Shown: positions 29,494 through 40,940, numbered from the stretch's first letter. The stretch is 64,000 nucleotides of DNA from an uncultured Arthrobacter sp. (GCF_964021775.1 NZ_CAXHZI010000011.1:22336-86335), one strand, 5' to 3'. A program made the numbers and translations. The notes: generated by a model not told the origin, from the letters alone.

Positions 29494-30243
29494 ATGGCAG
29501 CACAAGCCGCCGGCGGGAGGGCCGCGCAGCGGAGCCCCCAGACCGGCCGGGCGCCGAAGAGCCTTACCGTCCGTCAGAAGAAGATCCTGGAGACCATCCA
29601 GCGTTCCGTGACAGACAACGGCTACCCGCCCTCTATGCGCGAGATCGGCGACACCGTCGGGCTGGCCAGCCTTTCCAGCGTCACCCACCAGCTCTCGCAG
29701 CTGGAAAAGCTCGGCTACCTGCGGCGTGACCCCAAACGTCCCCGCGCCATGGAAGTGCTGATGCCGCTGACCCTGGACGAGGGTGCCACCACGATCTCCG
29801 GCGTGGAGAAGTCCAGCGGCCTGCGCGCCGTCGGCGGCCAGGCAGTCGCGGAACTCGCCAGCGCCACGGACACCGCGATGGTCCCGTTTGTCGGCCGTAT
29901 CGCCGCAGGCGGCCCGATCCTGGCAGACCAGGTGGTGGAGGACGTGATGCCGCTGCCGCGCCAGCTGGTGGGCCACGGTGAACTGTTTATGCTCCGGGTG
30001 GCCGGTGATTCGATGATCGACGCCGCCATCTGCGACGGCGACTGGGTCGTCGTCCGGCGCCAGAACGATGCCGTCAACGGCGACATCGTTGCCGCCCTGC
30101 TCGATGACGAGGCCACGGTCAAAACCTTCCGCCAGCGCGACGGCCACACCTGGCTGCTCCCGCAAAACACCCAGTACGAGCCGATCCTCGGCGACCATGC
30201 CGTCATTATGGGCAAGGTCGTCTCGGTGCTGCGCTCCCTGTAG
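29494..30243 (+). CDS. lexA: SOS repressor LexA
   Basis: [10 protein letters not shown] wHTH, Ala-Gly cleavage site IAAGGP, catalytic GDSM and TVKTF; start 29485 or 29494. Confidence 0.97.
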   Translation: MAAQAAGGRAAQRSPQTGRAPKSLTVRQKKILETIQRSVTDNGYPPSMREIGDTVGLASLSSVTHQLSQLEKLGYLRRDPKRPRAMEVLMPLTLDEGATTISGVEKSSGLRAVGGQAVAELASATDTAMVPFVGRIAAGGPILADQVVEDVMPLPRQLVGHGELFMLRVAGDSMIDAAICDGDWVVVRRQNDAVNGDIVAALLDDEATVKTFRQRDGHTWLLPQNTQYEPILGDHAVIMGKVVSVLRSL

Positions 30244-30301
30244 TCTCCCGCGCCGGCTTCCCTGCCACACCCCTGCCAGCCAGATCCCACCGGCAGCTCG
30301 A

Positions 30302-30331
30302 AGGCCCCGTCCGCAGTTCCGGACGGGGCCT
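30302..30331. terminator. Hairpin terminator between lexA and dinG
   Basis: aggccccgtccg-cagttc-cggacggggcct, perfect 12-bp stem. Confidence 0.75.
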
Positions 30332-30480
30332 CCTTGCGTTCCCGCCCGGTTGTTGGCACCGCGACGGCGCGCGGGGCCGCCGCAGCCGCGGGAACCCGGC
30401 CCCGCCGGCCCCGGGGCGTGGAAGAACCGGGCGGGAACGCCAGCGCCGGCCTCGGGTACTCCCGTCGGCGCGGCCTCCGG

Positions 30481-32628
30481 CTACTTGGCGGGTTGCTGAG
30501 CCTGTACCTTTGCCGGGGTCGCCTTGCTGAGGCGCTCGAGGGCTGCCAGCGCCACCGACGGGTCGGTGGTGGGCCAGAACGGCGGCAGCGCGGCCCGCAG
30601 GAACGCGCCGTACCGTTCGGTGGACAGCCGGGAATCGAGGACCGCCACCACGCCCTTGTCCGACGTCGAGCGGATCAGCCGTCCGGCTCCCTGGGCGAGG
30701 CGGATCGCTGCGTGCGTCGCCGAGACGCTCATAAACCCGTTGCCACCGGACTGGGCCACCGCCCGGGAGCGGGCCGTCATCAGCGGATCATCGGGCCGCG
30801 GGAACGGGATCCGGTCGATCACCACGAGGCGGCAGGAGTTTCCGGGCACGTCGACGCCCTGCCAGAGCGACATGGTGCCGAAGAGGCAGGTGTCCGGCTC
30901 ATCGGCGAACTGCTTCACCAGCGCGGTCATAGTCGATTCGCCCTGGCAGAGTATGCTCAGCCCCAGCCGGGGCCGCATCGCCTCGGCCGCCTCCTCGGCG
31001 GCGCGCCGCGACGAGAAGAGGCACAGGGCTCCGCCGCCGGAGGCGCGGATCAGCTTCTCAAGCTCGTCGAGGGCTTCCGGAGAGGTCCCCCGGCCCGGCT
31101 TGGGCAGGTGCTTGGCGACGTAAAGGATGCCTTGTTTGGGATATTCGAAGGGGGATCCGACGTCGACGCCGGTCCAGCTGGGTGCGCCGGGGCCCACCAA
31201 GCCGAGGCCTCCGGCTGCCGGTTCGAAGGCCGAACCGATGGCCAGGGTTGCCGAGGTGAGCACGACGGTGTGGTCGGCGAACAAACCTTCGCGCAGCCGC
31301 CCGGCAACGCTGAGCGGAGCAACGTTGATCAGGGCGGGCGCGGACTCATCCGGCTGCGAGTAGCCCTGTTGCGGGTCAAAGCTGCTGTTGCGGGAGAACC
31401 AGACCACTTCCCGGTTCTCCTTGGCGGCCAGGAGCCGTTCGCAGAGCTCCAGGATCACCATCAGCCGGGACCGCGCGAGCTGCCGGCCGCCGTCGGCGGT
31501 GTTGGCGCTGTCGCCCTTGGAGTCCGAGAGCGCGGCGCGGCAGGCGTCTCGCAGCTGGTCGACGCAGTCGAGTTGTTCGCTGTTCAAGCCGTTGGGCATG
31601 AGTCCGCTGGGAACCCCCTCGATGGCGAGTTCGAGGTTGGACGCAGCGTTGTTGAGCGCGTCCACGGTGATCCCGGTGTGTTTGCGGGCCCCGGAGGCGG
31701 CGGCGTGCACCATGGCCACGGACAGTTGGCCGGACACGGCACCGGTGACCCGGTCCTGGAGTTCGTGCGCCTCGTCGACCACCACTACGTCGTATTCGGG
31801 CAGCACGGCGAGGCCCTCGAAGGCGCTGACGGCCAGCATGGCGTGGTTGGTGACCACCACGTCGGCGTCGGCGGCGTTTTGCCGGGCCAGTTCGGAAAAG
31901 CATTCGGCGGCGAGCGGGCATTTCTGCGCGCCCAGGCACTCCATCGAGGTGACGGAGACCTGCCGCCAGGCGCGGTCGGTCACGCCCGGCATCAGCTCGT
32001 CGCGGTCCCCCGTCTGCGTCTCCTCGGCCCATTCGCGGAGCCGGACGACCTCCTTGCCGAGCTGCGAGGAGGGGCCGCCCATCGCGGCGGCGAAGTGCGG
32101 CACGGAGGTGTCCTCGCCGAGGGAGAACAGCTGGCCCTCGGACGGTTCCTCGGACGGGAAACCGCCTTCGAGTTTGTGGCGGCAGACATAGTTTGAGCGG
32201 CCCTTGACCAGCGCCACCTTCACCGGCCGCTCCAAGGCCGGGGTGATGGTCTTGAGCAACCGGGGCAGGTCCCTGCCGACAATCTGGGTCTGCAGTGCCA
32301 GGGTTGCGGTGGAGACCAGGGTGGGCTTGTCGCTGACCAGTGAATGCGCGATCAGCGGAATCAGGTAGGCCAGCGACTTGCCGGTGCCGGTGCCGGCCTG
32401 GACCAGCAGGTGGTCGCCGGTGTCGATCGCGCGCGCCACTTGCCGGGCCATTTCGTGCTGGCCGTCGCGGCTCTGGCCGCCCATCCCGGCGACCGCCCGG
32501 TCGAGCAGTTCAACTACGAACTGCTCGCCGGACGTGCCGTTTTTCGGCTTGCTTCTGGACGGGCTGCTCTTGGACGGACCGCTCTCCGACGGCGCGGCCG
32601 CCCCCTCGGCCACCGCTGGTTCAGTCAT
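30481..32628 (-). CDS. dinG: DinG/YoaA-family ATP-dependent DNA helicase
   Basis: QAGTGTGKS, KGRSNYVC plus further Fe-S Cys, VVDEAHEL, QGAGRLIRS; start overlaps hflX stop by 8 nt. Confidence 0.9.
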   Translation of the reverse strand: MTEPAVAEGAAAPSESGPSKSSPSRSKPKNGTSGEQFVVELLDRAVAGMGGQSRDGQHEMARQVARAIDTGDHLLVQAGTGTGKSLAYLIPLIAHSLVSDKPTLVSTATLALQTQIVGRDLPRLLKTITPALERPVKVALVKGRSNYVCRHKLEGGFPSEEPSEGQLFSLGEDTSVPHFAAAMGGPSSQLGKEVVRLREWAEETQTGDRDELMPGVTDRAWRQVSVTSMECLGAQKCPLAAECFSELARQNAADADVVVTNHAMLAVSAFEGLAVLPEYDVVVVDEAHELQDRVTGAVSGQLSVAMVHAAASGARKHTGITVDALNNAASNLELAIEGVPSGLMPNGLNSEQLDCVDQLRDACRAALSDSKGDSANTADGGRQLARSRLMVILELCERLLAAKENREVVWFSRNSSFDPQQGYSQPDESAPALINVAPLSVAGRLREGLFADHTVVLTSATLAIGSAFEPAAGGLGLVGPGAPSWTGVDVGSPFEYPKQGILYVAKHLPKPGRGTSPEALDELEKLIRASGGGALCLFSSRRAAEEAAEAMRPRLGLSILCQGESTMTALVKQFADEPDTCLFGTMSLWQGVDVPGNSCRLVVIDRIPFPRPDDPLMTARSRAVAQSGGNGFMSVSATHAAIRLAQGAGRLIRSTSDKGVVAVLDSRLSTERYGAFLRAALPPFWPTTDPSVALAALERLSKATPAKVQAQQPAK

Positions 32629-34204
32629 TGCTGACGAAGGCATCCAGTTCGGCCGCGAGCCCCTCGCGCACCATCACCACGGCGCGGGTGCCGGTCTCCT
32701 CGTGGTCGAGGCTGATGATCTCGGCATCGGTCTCGTGCAGTTTGCTGAGCAGGTCCCCGCGGTTGTACGGGATCATCAGTTCCAGCTTCACGCTGGGCCG
32801 CGGGATGCCCTCGCTGATGGCCTTGAGCAGCTCCGGGATGCCTTCCCCGGTGCGGGCCGAGACCACCACGTGGCGCGGTTCGCGCTGCTTGAGCCGTTCG
32901 ATCACAAACGGGTCGGCGGCGTCGGCCTTGTTCAGGACGATGATCTCCGGCACCTTGCGGGCGTCAACTTCGCTGAACACGGTGCGGACGGCCGCGATCT
33001 GGCCCTCCGGGTCGGGGTGCGAGACGTCGACGACGTGCAGGATCAGGTCTGAATCGGCAACCTCCTCCAGGGTGGAGCGGAACGCCTCCACCAGCTGGGT
33101 CGGCAGCGAACGGACGAAACCCACGGTGTCGGCGAGGGTGTAGCCCAGCCCGTCGGAGGTTTCAGCCTTGCGGACGGTCGGGTCCAGGGTGGCGAACAGG
33201 GCGTTCTCCACCAGGACACCGGCGTCGGTCAGACGGTTCAGCAGCGAGGACTTACCTGCGTTGGTGTAGCCGGCGATCGCCACCGACGGCACGGCGTTAC
33301 GACGGCGGTTGGCCCGCTTGGTTTCCCGCGCCGGCTTCATCGCGGCAATTTCGCGCCGCAGCTTGGCCATCCGGGTGCGGATCCGGCGGCGGTCCAGCTC
33401 GATTTTGGTCTCACCGGGGCCGCGCGAACCCATGCCTGCTCCGGCGCCGCCCACCTGGCCACCGGCCTGCCGGGACATCGATTCACCCCAGCCGCGCAGG
33501 CGCGGGAGCAGATATTCAAGCTGCGCCAGTTCCACCTGGGCCTTGCCTTCGCGGCTTTTGGCGTGCTGGGCGAAGATGTCCAGGATCAGTGCCGTGCGGT
33601 CGATGACTTTGACCTTGACGATGTCTTCGAGGCCGCGCCGCTGGGACGGGGCAAGCTCGGCGTCGACCACCACGGTGTCGGCACCGGTCGACATCACGAT
33701 GTCCTTGAGCTCCTGGGCCTTGCCGGAGCCCAGGAAGGTGCCCGGGTCCGGCTTGGCGCGGCGCTGGACGAGCCCGTCAAGCACCTCGGACCCGGCGGTT
33801 TCCGCCAGGGCTGCCAGTTCGCGCAGGGAGTTCTCGGCGTCGCCCAGGGTGCCTTCGGTCCAGAGCCCGGCGAGCACCACGCGCTCGAGGCGCAACTGCC
33901 GGTATTCGACTTCGGTGACGTCCTCGAGTTCGGTCGACAGGCCCGCGGTACGGCGCAGGGCGTGGCGTTCCTCGAGGTCCTGCTGGTCGCCGTCGTAGCT
34001 GCCGTGTTCCTCGTCCAGCCGCGAAATCGCCTGGGCCTTGCCGAACACGGCCCTGGACTCACCGGCGGCCCCGGTGCCGGCACTGTGTCCGGCCTTCGGG
34101 GCGGGGGCGTCTTTGGAGAGGATCCGGTCGATGACTGCCTGGATTTCCGCAGGGCTCATGTCCTGCGCGGCTGAATCGGGTCCGGTGTTGGGCTGACTGG
34201 TCAT
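32621..34204 (-). CDS. hflX: Ribosome-splitting GTPase HflX
   Basis: DRTALILDIFAQHA, GYTNAGKS, LFATLD, DTVGF, NKAD; AAAGGAG RBS at 34204, alternative in-frame ATG with AGGAGG at 34294. Confidence 0.95.
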   Translation of the reverse strand: MTSQPNTGPDSAAQDMSPAEIQAVIDRILSKDAPAPKAGHSAGTGAAGESRAVFGKAQAISRLDEEHGSYDGDQQDLEERHALRRTAGLSTELEDVTEVEYRQLRLERVVLAGLWTEGTLGDAENSLRELAALAETAGSEVLDGLVQRRAKPDPGTFLGSGKAQELKDIVMSTGADTVVVDAELAPSQRRGLEDIVKVKVIDRTALILDIFAQHAKSREGKAQVELAQLEYLLPRLRGWGESMSRQAGGQVGGAGAGMGSRGPGETKIELDRRRIRTRMAKLRREIAAMKPARETKRANRRRNAVPSVAIAGYTNAGKSSLLNRLTDAGVLVENALFATLDPTVRKAETSDGLGYTLADTVGFVRSLPTQLVEAFRSTLEEVADSDLILHVVDVSHPDPEGQIAAVRTVFSEVDARKVPEIIVLNKADAADPFVIERLKQREPRHVVVSARTGEGIPELLKAISEGIPRPSVKLELMIPYNRGDLLSKLHETDAEIISLDHEETGTRAVVMVREGLAAELDAFVSND

Positions 34205-34606
34205 GGTCTCCTTTGAAGGGTCTACAACTTCAGAATAGTGCTGTTCGGTGTTTCGTGGCGCGGTATTCGCGCTGGGCTGACGACTGGTGGTCATCCGTGC
34301 CTCCTGGGATGCCTGGCGGCTGCGTCGCCGCGGGCAGGACGGGCTCCGTGCCGGAGCGGTAAATGAGGAAGGGATCCGGCGTGATAACGCCGAGTGGCGG
34401 GGAGGTACTTTCCGTTCGGCGCTCCCGGGTCGACTGCTGCCGGGCACTGCCTGGTCCTAAGCCCTGCGGCTTCAAGGCCTGACTTCAAGTGGATCTGGCG
34501 CCGATAGCTGATGCACAGCATCATCGAGGGGCGCACTGAGCGGAAGGTAACAACCTGCGTCGCTGCGGGGACGGGCCTGCGGTAAGGAAGCGAAGGCCCG
34601 TGCCGG

Positions 34607-34640
34607 CTACTTGAAGTTCAAGATCATGTCTTTAAGACTA
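34607..34640 (-). promoter_or_regulatory. Candidate leaderless uORF MILNFK* with -10 TAGTCT heading the hflX leader
   Basis: TAGTCT (34635-34640), 7 nt, then ATG ATC TTG AAC TTC AAG TAG (34627-34607). Confidence 0.5.
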
Positions 34641-34754
34641 GCAGACCGTCCCTGCGCTCCGGCGCTGCCCGGCGGCGCCGGTTGCGGGCGCGGCGGGGAC
34701 CGGTTTCCCGGCCGGTTTCCCATAGCGCCGGGGCGCCAACTAATCTGGCCAGTT

Positions 34755-35369
34755 ATGGAGTCTGCACACTATTTCAGCGCCCAGCCCGCCGGGCCGTTCA
34801 CCCGCAAGCCGCTGACCGTGGAGCTTGCCGGCGAACGCCGGCAGCTGCAGACGTCCTCCGGAATTTTCAGCCCGGACGGGATCGACAAGGGAACCGCGGT
34901 GCTGCTGGCCGACGTCCCTGCCCCGGCGCCGCAGGGGAACCTGCTGGACATCGGGTGCGGCTGGGGGCCGATCGCGCTGACCATGGCCCTGCGGGCCCCG
35001 CACGCCCGGGTCTTCGCCGTGGATGTCAATGAGCGCTGCGTGGCGCTGACGAACGAGAATGCCGCCCTGCTGGGGCTGGAGAATGTCACCGCCAGCACCC
35101 CTGGCGAGGTCGATCCGGAGCTGCGCTTCGACACGATCTGGTCCAATCCGCCCATCCGGATCGGCAAGGACGAACTCCACGCCCTGCTGCTGCTCTGGCT
35201 GCCCCGGCTTGCCCCGGGCGGATCGGCCTGGCTGGTGGTGCAGAAGAACCTTGGTTCGGATTCGCTTCAGCGCTGGCTCGCGGCGGAGCTGGACGGCAGC
35301 TTTACCGTCACACGCGAGAGCACCTCGAAGTCGTTCCGGATCCTGAAGGTCAGGAAAGCGTCCCGCTAG
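34755..35369 (+). CDS. Class I SAM-dependent methyltransferase (RsmC/MTS-like)
   Basis: [34 protein letters not shown]. Confidence 0.88.
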   Translation: MESAHYFSAQPAGPFTRKPLTVELAGERRQLQTSSGIFSPDGIDKGTAVLLADVPAPAPQGNLLDIGCGWGPIALTMALRAPHARVFAVDVNERCVALTNENAALLGLENVTASTPGEVDPELRFDTIWSNPPIRIGKDELHALLLLWLPRLAPGGSAWLVVQKNLGSDSLQRWLAAELDGSFTVTRESTSKSFRILKVRKASR

Positions 35370-36303
35370 CGACGATCACCGCGGGTCCGCTGAGCTCCAC
35401 GTGCTCGTGGCCGTCCGGTGACAGGAAGAACTTCACGCTGACGACGCCGCCCGGTACCGTGACGTTCCAGGCGTCCGGCGCGCCCTGGCCGGCCCAGTGC
35501 CGGATCGCGACGGCGGCGGCACAGGCGCCGGTCCCGCAGGACAGCGTCTCCCCCACTCCCCTCTCGTGCACGCGCATGGTGATGGTGCCGACGCCGTCGT
35601 GAACGAGCGGCTCGGACGGCACGACGAACTCGACGTTGGTACCGTGCGGCGGTGTCGGGTCGACCCGGGGCGCCTTGAACAGCTGCGTGGCGTCAAGTTC
35701 CGCGAGTTCGGCCAAAGCGACGACAGTGTGCGGGTTGCCCATGCTGACGGACAGCGCCGGCCTGGCCACCTCCAGCCCTTCGGCGCTGACCAGTGAATCC
35801 ATGGCACGCGCGGTGGCCTCGCCCGGGAAGATGAACTCCCACGGCCCCATGTCCACGGCGTAGCCGCCCGCGGTGCGGACGACGGTCTTCATGCCGCCGC
35901 GGGTTCCGATGCTTAGCGACTCGCCGGCCGGCAGGTCGACGAGTCCCTCATTGATGAGGAAGTGGACAAAGACGCGGACGCCGTTGCCGCACATCTCCGA
36001 CAGCGAGCCGTCAGCGTTGTGGTAATCCATAAACCACTCGGCCGCGGGGTGCTCGGCGAGCTGCTCCCGGCCTTCCGGGAGCAGCCGCGAGGGTACGGCG
36101 CGGATGAGTCCGTCGCCGCCGATGCCGCGGTGCCGGTCGCAGAGGGCCGCGACCTGTTCCGGGGTGACGGAGAGCGCGCCGTGGGGGTCTGCGATCAGGA
36201 CAAAGTCGTTGCCGGTTCCGTGGCCCTTCGAGAACTTCAGGCCGGCGAGGGCGCCGGTGTCTGACGCGGGGTGGTCAACGGCTGCGGCAAGGGTTTCGTC
36301 CAT
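35350..36303 (-). CDS. dapF: Diaminopimelate epimerase
   Basis: [34 protein letters not shown]. Confidence 0.96.
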   Translation of the reverse strand: MDETLAAAVDHPASDTGALAGLKFSKGHGTGNDFVLIADPHGALSVTPEQVAALCDRHRGIGGDGLIRAVPSRLLPEGREQLAEHPAAEWFMDYHNADGSLSEMCGNGVRVFVHFLINEGLVDLPAGESLSIGTRGGMKTVVRTAGGYAVDMGPWEFIFPGEATARAMDSLVSAEGLEVARPALSVSMGNPHTVVALAELAELDATQLFKAPRVDPTPPHGTNVEFVVPSEPLVHDGVGTITMRVHERGVGETLSCGTGACAAAVAIRHWAGQGAPDAWNVTVPGGVVSVKFFLSPDGHEHVELSGPAVIVASGTLS

Positions 36304-36384
36304 GCTCCAAGGTTACCGTTCCGGCCGGGCCGGGACGGAACCCGCTGCCCGGAGGTAGCGGGGGTTCAACGGCGGGAGGCCGTG

Positions 36385-36431
36385 AGCGGCGGCTGTCAGC
36401 GGCGGAGCTTAGCGGCGGATCTCAGCCGCAG
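36385..36431 (-). repeat. 13-bp-period degenerate repeat x~4 beginning at the miaA stop codon
   Basis: agcggcgg at 36385, 36398, 36411; related agccgcag at 36424. Confidence 0.6.
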
Positions 36432-37402
36432 AGAGCCGTGGCCTTGGCCGCCAGCCCGGGGTCCTGCCAGTCGAGCCAGTTGATCCGGGGGTCGGCGCGG
36501 AACCAGGTGAGCTGGCGGCGGGCGAACTGCCGGGTCGCGACAATGGTCTCTTCGGCGGCCTGCGCCAGGTCCGACTCCCCGTCGACGACCCTGAGGAACT
36601 GCGCGTAGCCCAGGGCCCGGGAGGCGGTCCTGCCGCGGCGAAGCCCCAGGGCGTCGAGGCGCCGCACCTCCGCCAGCAGTCCCTGGTCCACCATCGTGTG
36701 GACACGGGCGGCGAGCCGCTCGCGCAACTGGTCGCGGTCCACGTCGAGGCCAATCTGCACGGCCGGCTGGAAGTACTCGCGGGTGGGCATAAAGGAGCTG
36801 AAGGGACGTCCCGTCAGCTCGAAGACTTCCAGGGCGCGGATGACGCGGCGGGCGTCGCCCAGGCGCCCCGCGGAGACCGGGTCCACGAGTTCCAGCCGTG
36901 CCCGCAGGGGCGCGAGGCCGGCCGCTTCCTCCTCGGCTTCGAGACGGCGCCGGATGGCGGGGTCGGTGCCGGGGAATTCGAGCACGTCCAGGGCGGCCCG
37001 CACGTACAGGCCTGAACCGCCGGCGAGGATGGCCCGCTTGCCCCGGGCATGGATGTCCGCGATCACGGCACGCGCCTGCTGCTGGAAGTCCGAGACGCTG
37101 GCTTCCTCGGTCACGTCGAGGATGTCCAGGAGGTGGTGGGGCACTCCCCTGCGCTCGGCCTCAGTGATCTTGGCCGTGCCGATGTCCATGCCGCGGTAGA
37201 ACTGCATGGCGTCGGCGTTGACGACCTCACCGTCGAGGGTCAATGCGAGCGAGACGGCCAGATCGGACTTTCCGGATCCCGTGGGCCCGACGACGGCAAT
37301 GACCTCCGGGGCGGATCCGGATGCGTTGGGATGAACCGGCGCGGCGGAACCGTCGGGTACGCCGGCGGTGTCGGAGCTGTCGTGTGGAGCGGAGTCGGCC
37401 AC
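36422..37402 (-). CDS. miaA: tRNA dimethylallyltransferase
   Basis: [43 protein letters not shown]. Confidence 0.96.
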   Translation of the reverse strand: MADSAPHDSSDTAGVPDGSAAPVHPNASGSAPEVIAVVGPTGSGKSDLAVSLALTLDGEVVNADAMQFYRGMDIGTAKITEAERRGVPHHLLDILDVTEEASVSDFQQQARAVIADIHARGKRAILAGGSGLYVRAALDVLEFPGTDPAIRRRLEAEEEAAGLAPLRARLELVDPVSAGRLGDARRVIRALEVFELTGRPFSSFMPTREYFQPAVQIGLDVDRDQLRERLAARVHTMVDQGLLAEVRRLDALGLRRGRTASRALGYAQFLRVVDGESDLAQAAEETIVATRQFARRQLTWFRADPRINWLDWQDPGLAAKATALCG

Positions 37403-37405
37403 GGG

Positions 37406-38947
37406 CTAGCGGGCGCGGACTGGAAGGGTCGGCATGCCGAGCGAGACACCGGACGAGCCGCCGTTCCCGGCCGGGGCGGGGGCGCCGCAGGAATCGGCTT
37501 GGGAACGGTCCCAGGCATCGCCGGCGCGGGAGCGGCGCAGGCTGTAATCGTCCGCAGTCGCCGGGTCCGCGACGAGGTGGAACGCTGCGGCTTCCGTGAT
37601 GGTCACGGTGACGAGGTCTCCGGGGCGGGGCGTTTCGGCGCCGTCGGGCACGGAGAAGTGCACCAGTCGCTGGTCCTGGGCGCGGCCGGAGAGGCGGTGT
37701 GTTTCCCCGGCTTTCCTGCCCGGCTGAGCGGTCACCATGACCTCGACGCGGCGGCCGAGCTGGCGGGCGTTCTCCTCGGCAGCGATCCGGTCCTGCAGGG
37801 CGGTGAGCCGTTCGAAGCGTTCCTGGACCACTGCTTTGGGCAGCTGGTCCTCAAGCTCCGCGGCCGGGGTGCCGGGCCGCTTCGAGTACTGGAAGGTGAA
37901 GGCGGTCGCGAAGCGGGACTTTTCCACGACGTCGAGCGTGGCCTGGAAGTCTTCCTCGGTCTCGCCGGGGAAGCCGACAATGATGTCGGTGGAGATAGCG
38001 GCGTGCGGGATCTTCTCCCGGACCTTGTCCAGGATCCCGAGGAACTTGGTGGAACGGTAGGACCGTTTCATCTCCCGGAGGACCTTGTCCGAGCCGGACT
38101 GCAGCGGCATGTGCAGCTGCGGCATCACGTTGGGGGTCTCGGCCATGGCATCGATAACGTCGTCGGTGAAGGCGGCCGGGTGCGGGCTGGTGAACCGGAC
38201 GCGCTCCAGGCCGGGGATGTCGCCGCAGGCGCGCAGCAGTTTGGAGAAGGCCTGCCGGTCGCCGAACTCAACGCCGTAGGAGTTCACGTTCTGGCCCAGC
38301 AGGGTGACCTCGATGGCGCCGTCGTCGACGAGGGCCTGGATTTCGGCCAGGATGTCGCCGGGCCGGCGGTCCTTTTCCTTGCCGCGCAGCGCGGGAACGA
38401 TGCAGAACGTGCAGGTGTTGTTGCAGCCGACCGAGATGGAGACCCAGCCGGAGTAGACGGAGTCCCGTTTGGTGGGCAGCGTCGAGGGGAACACGTCAAG
38501 CGATTCGAGGATTTCCAGTTGCGCCTCGTCGTTGTGGCGTGCGCGGTCCAGCAGGGCGGGCAGGGCGCCGACGTTGTGGGTGCCAAACACGGCATCAACC
38601 CAGGGTGCCTTCTTGAGGATGGTCTCGCGGTCCTTCTGCGCCAGGCAGCCGCCGACGGCGATCTGCATGCCCGGATTGGCTTCCTTCACCGGACGGAGGA
38701 TGCCGAGGTTGCCGTAGAGCTTGTTGTCTGCATTTTCCCGGACGGCGCAGGTGTTGAAGACGACGACGTCGGCCAGTTCACCTTCGGAGCGGACGTAACC
38801 GGCGGCTTCAAGCATGCCGGACATCCGCTCGGAGTCGTGCACGTTCATCTGGCAGCCGAAGGTCCGTACCTGGTAGGTACGGACCGGGGCAGTCTCATCC
38901 GGCAAAGGGGCTCCGCCGGCGGCGGGGGAAGGAATGGTCAAACTCAC
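37406..38947 (-). CDS. miaB: tRNA-2-methylthio-N6-dimethylallyladenosine synthase
   Basis: [43 protein letters not shown]-terminal TRAM domain. Confidence 0.96.
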   Translation of the reverse strand: MSLTIPSPAAGGAPLPDETAPVRTYQVRTFGCQMNVHDSERMSGMLEAAGYVRSEGELADVVVFNTCAVRENADNKLYGNLGILRPVKEANPGMQIAVGGCLAQKDRETILKKAPWVDAVFGTHNVGALPALLDRARHNDEAQLEILESLDVFPSTLPTKRDSVYSGWVSISVGCNNTCTFCIVPALRGKEKDRRPGDILAEIQALVDDGAIEVTLLGQNVNSYGVEFGDRQAFSKLLRACGDIPGLERVRFTSPHPAAFTDDVIDAMAETPNVMPQLHMPLQSGSDKVLREMKRSYRSTKFLGILDKVREKIPHAAISTDIIVGFPGETEEDFQATLDVVEKSRFATAFTFQYSKRPGTPAAELEDQLPKAVVQERFERLTALQDRIAAEENARQLGRRVEVMVTAQPGRKAGETHRLSGRAQDQRLVHFSVPDGAETPRPGDLVTVTITEAAAFHLVADPATADDYSLRRSRAGDAWDRSQADSCGAPAPAGNGGSSGVSLGMPTLPVRAR

Positions 38948-39018
38948 CTGTTAAGGGTACCGGTTCGGCGCGGCCGCGTTCGCGGAGGCAGCTTTTCCGC
39001 AACCGCGGGAGCCCCGGG

Positions 39019-39663
39019 TCAGGCGTCGCTGTCCTGCTCTTCGAGGGCAGCGTCCAAGACCTCGCCGACAATGCGGAAGGCCTGCGAGGGCTGGTAGCCC
39101 TTGCGGGCTAGCATGGACGCGAGCCGGCGGACCATTTTGTCCCGCTCGGCGCGGTCCTCGAGCCCCCGCGCGTTCCGCAGCTTGCGTTCCACGAGTTCCC
39201 GGGCGGCCGATTCCTCATCCTCGTCGCTGAGCTGGTCGAGGGCAACGGCTGCGGTCTCCTGGTCGATGCCCTTCTCCGCGAGTTCCCGGCGGAGGGCGCC
39301 CTTCGCCAGTTTCCGGGTCTGGGACCGGCTCCGAACCCACAGCTCGGCGAACTCGGCGTCGTCGATGAGGCGGACCTCTTCGAAGCGGTCGAGGACGGCC
39401 TCGGCAACGTCGTCCGGAATGTTGCGCTCGGCCAGTTTGCGGGACAGCTGCAGCCGGCTCTTGGGTGAGTTGGTTAGTTGCCGCAGCACCACGGCCCTTG
39501 CGACGGCGGCGGGATCAGCCTCGGGGTCCTGCTCCGGTGCCGGCGGCGCGGACCGGCCGGGACCTCCGGGGTCGCCAACGACGCCGGAGCCAGGATTCCG
39601 GGACGGGAATCCTGACCCCTTGCGGCCCCGCGCGGCGGAGGCCCGGCTGTTAGAAACCGTCAA
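39019..39663 (-). CDS. recX: RecA regulator RecX
   Basis: [38 protein letters not shown]; directly after recA; start uncertain. Confidence 0.9.
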   Translation of the reverse strand: MTVSNSRASAARGRKGSGFPSRNPGSGVVGDPGGPGRSAPPAPEQDPEADPAAVARAVVLRQLTNSPKSRLQLSRKLAERNIPDDVAEAVLDRFEEVRLIDDAEFAELWVRSRSQTRKLAKGALRRELAEKGIDQETAAVALDQLSDEDEESAARELVERKLRNARGLEDRAERDKMVRRLASMLARKGYQPSQAFRIVGEVLDAALEEQDSDA

Positions 39664-40699
39664 CGGCCTTCAGCTTCGGTGATTCCTCCGGGTCCGCTGC
39701 CTTGACGCCGACGCCGAGCTTTTCCTTGATCAGGCGCTCGAGTTCGGCGGCGAGTTCGGGGTTGTCGCGCAGGAAGCGACGGGAATTCTCCATGCCCTGG
39801 CCCAGCTGATCGCCGTCGTAGGTGAACCACGAGCCGGACTTCTTGATCAGGCCGTGCTCGACACCCATGTCGATGATGCCGCCTTCGCGGGAGATGCCCT
39901 GGCCGTAGATGATGTCGAATTCGGCGATCTTGAACGGCGGGGCCATCTTGTTCTTGACGATCTTCGCCTTGGTCCGGTTGCCGACGGAGTCTGCACCCTC
40001 CTTGAGGGTCTGGATACGGCGGACGTCGATGCGGATCGAGGCGTAGAACTTCAGCGCCTTACCACCGGTGGTGGTTTCCGGGGAGCCGAAGAACACACCG
40101 ATCTTTTCGCGCAGCTGGTTGATGAAGATGGCGGTGGTCTTGGTCTGGCTCAGCCGGCCGGTGATCTTACGCAGCGCCTGGCTCATCAGCCGGGCCTGCA
40201 GGCCGACGTGGCTGTCGCCCATGTCGCCTTCGATTTCGGCGCGGGGCACGAGGGCGGCAACGGAGTCGATGACGATGACGTCCAGCGAACCGGAGCCGAT
40301 CAGCATGTCCATGATTTCGAGCGCCTGCTCGCCGGTGTCCGGCTGGGAGACCAGGAGCGCGTCGGTGTCAACGCCAAGCTTGGCAGCGTACTCGGGGTCG
40401 AGGGCGTGCTCGGCGTCGATGAAGGCGGCGATGCCGCCCTGGCGCTGGGCGTTGGCGACAGCGTGGAGCGCGACCGTGGTCTTACCGGAGGATTCAGGGC
40501 CGTAGATCTCAACCACGCGGCCGCGGGGCAGGCCGCCAATGCCGAGAGCCACGTCCAGCGCGATGGAGCCGGTCGGGATGACCTCGATGGGCGCGCGGAC
40601 TTCGTCGCCCAGACGCATGACGGAGCCTTTGCCGAACTGCTTGTCAATCTGGGCAAGCGCTGCGTCGAGCGCCTTCTGGCGATCCGGGGCTGCGGCCAT
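39650..40699 (-). CDS. recA: Recombinase RecA (no intein)
   Basis: [40 protein letters not shown]. Confidence 0.99.
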   Translation of the reverse strand: MAAAPDRQKALDAALAQIDKQFGKGSVMRLGDEVRAPIEVIPTGSIALDVALGIGGLPRGRVVEIYGPESSGKTTVALHAVANAQRQGGIAAFIDAEHALDPEYAAKLGVDTDALLVSQPDTGEQALEIMDMLIGSGSLDVIVIDSVAALVPRAEIEGDMGDSHVGLQARLMSQALRKITGRLSQTKTTAIFINQLREKIGVFFGSPETTTGGKALKFYASIRIDVRRIQTLKEGADSVGNRTKAKIVKNKMAPPFKIAEFDIIYGQGISREGGIIDMGVEHGLIKKSGSWFTYDGDQLGQGMENSRRFLRDNPELAAELERLIKEKLGVGVKAADPEESPKLKAVDGF

Positions 40700-40764
40700 G
40701 ATTCACACCTCTAATACTTTCTCGCTGGAGAGTGGCCGTCACGGCCGTTGTTATGTCATCACTG

Positions 40765-40787
40765 ACGCTAGTGGCAGCCACTGACAA
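40765..40787 (-). promoter_or_regulatory. RecA-NDp / PafBC-type LexA-independent DNA-damage promoter of recA
   Basis: Minus strand TTGTCAGTG-GCTGCCAC-TAGCGT, matching TTGTCRGTG-N8-TAnnnT. Confidence 0.85.
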
Positions 40788-40842
40788 AGTTGCCGCCGCC
40801 GTCGCGTATGTGGAAAACGCTCTGAAAAAAGCATAGCCGGAC

Positions 40843-40858
40843 CCGAACAGATATTCGA
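40843..40858. promoter_or_regulatory. LexA box upstream of recA
   Basis: CCGAAC-AGAT-ATTCGA. Confidence 0.75.
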
Positions 40859-40910
40859 ACAATTGGACGGCGTGTCAGTCCCCCGATGCCTGCGGACCGG
40901 TCCCGGGCAG

Positions 40911-40940
40911 CGGCCGTACCGTCAACGGCCGTACCGTCAG
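40911..40940 (+). repeat. 15-bp direct duplication spanning the DUF3046 stop codon
   Basis: cggccgtaccgtcaa / cggccgtaccgtcag. Confidence 0.75.

Noticed and set aside
39650-40699. Intein in recA
   Set aside because: 349 aa with continuous RecA motifs; no insertion.
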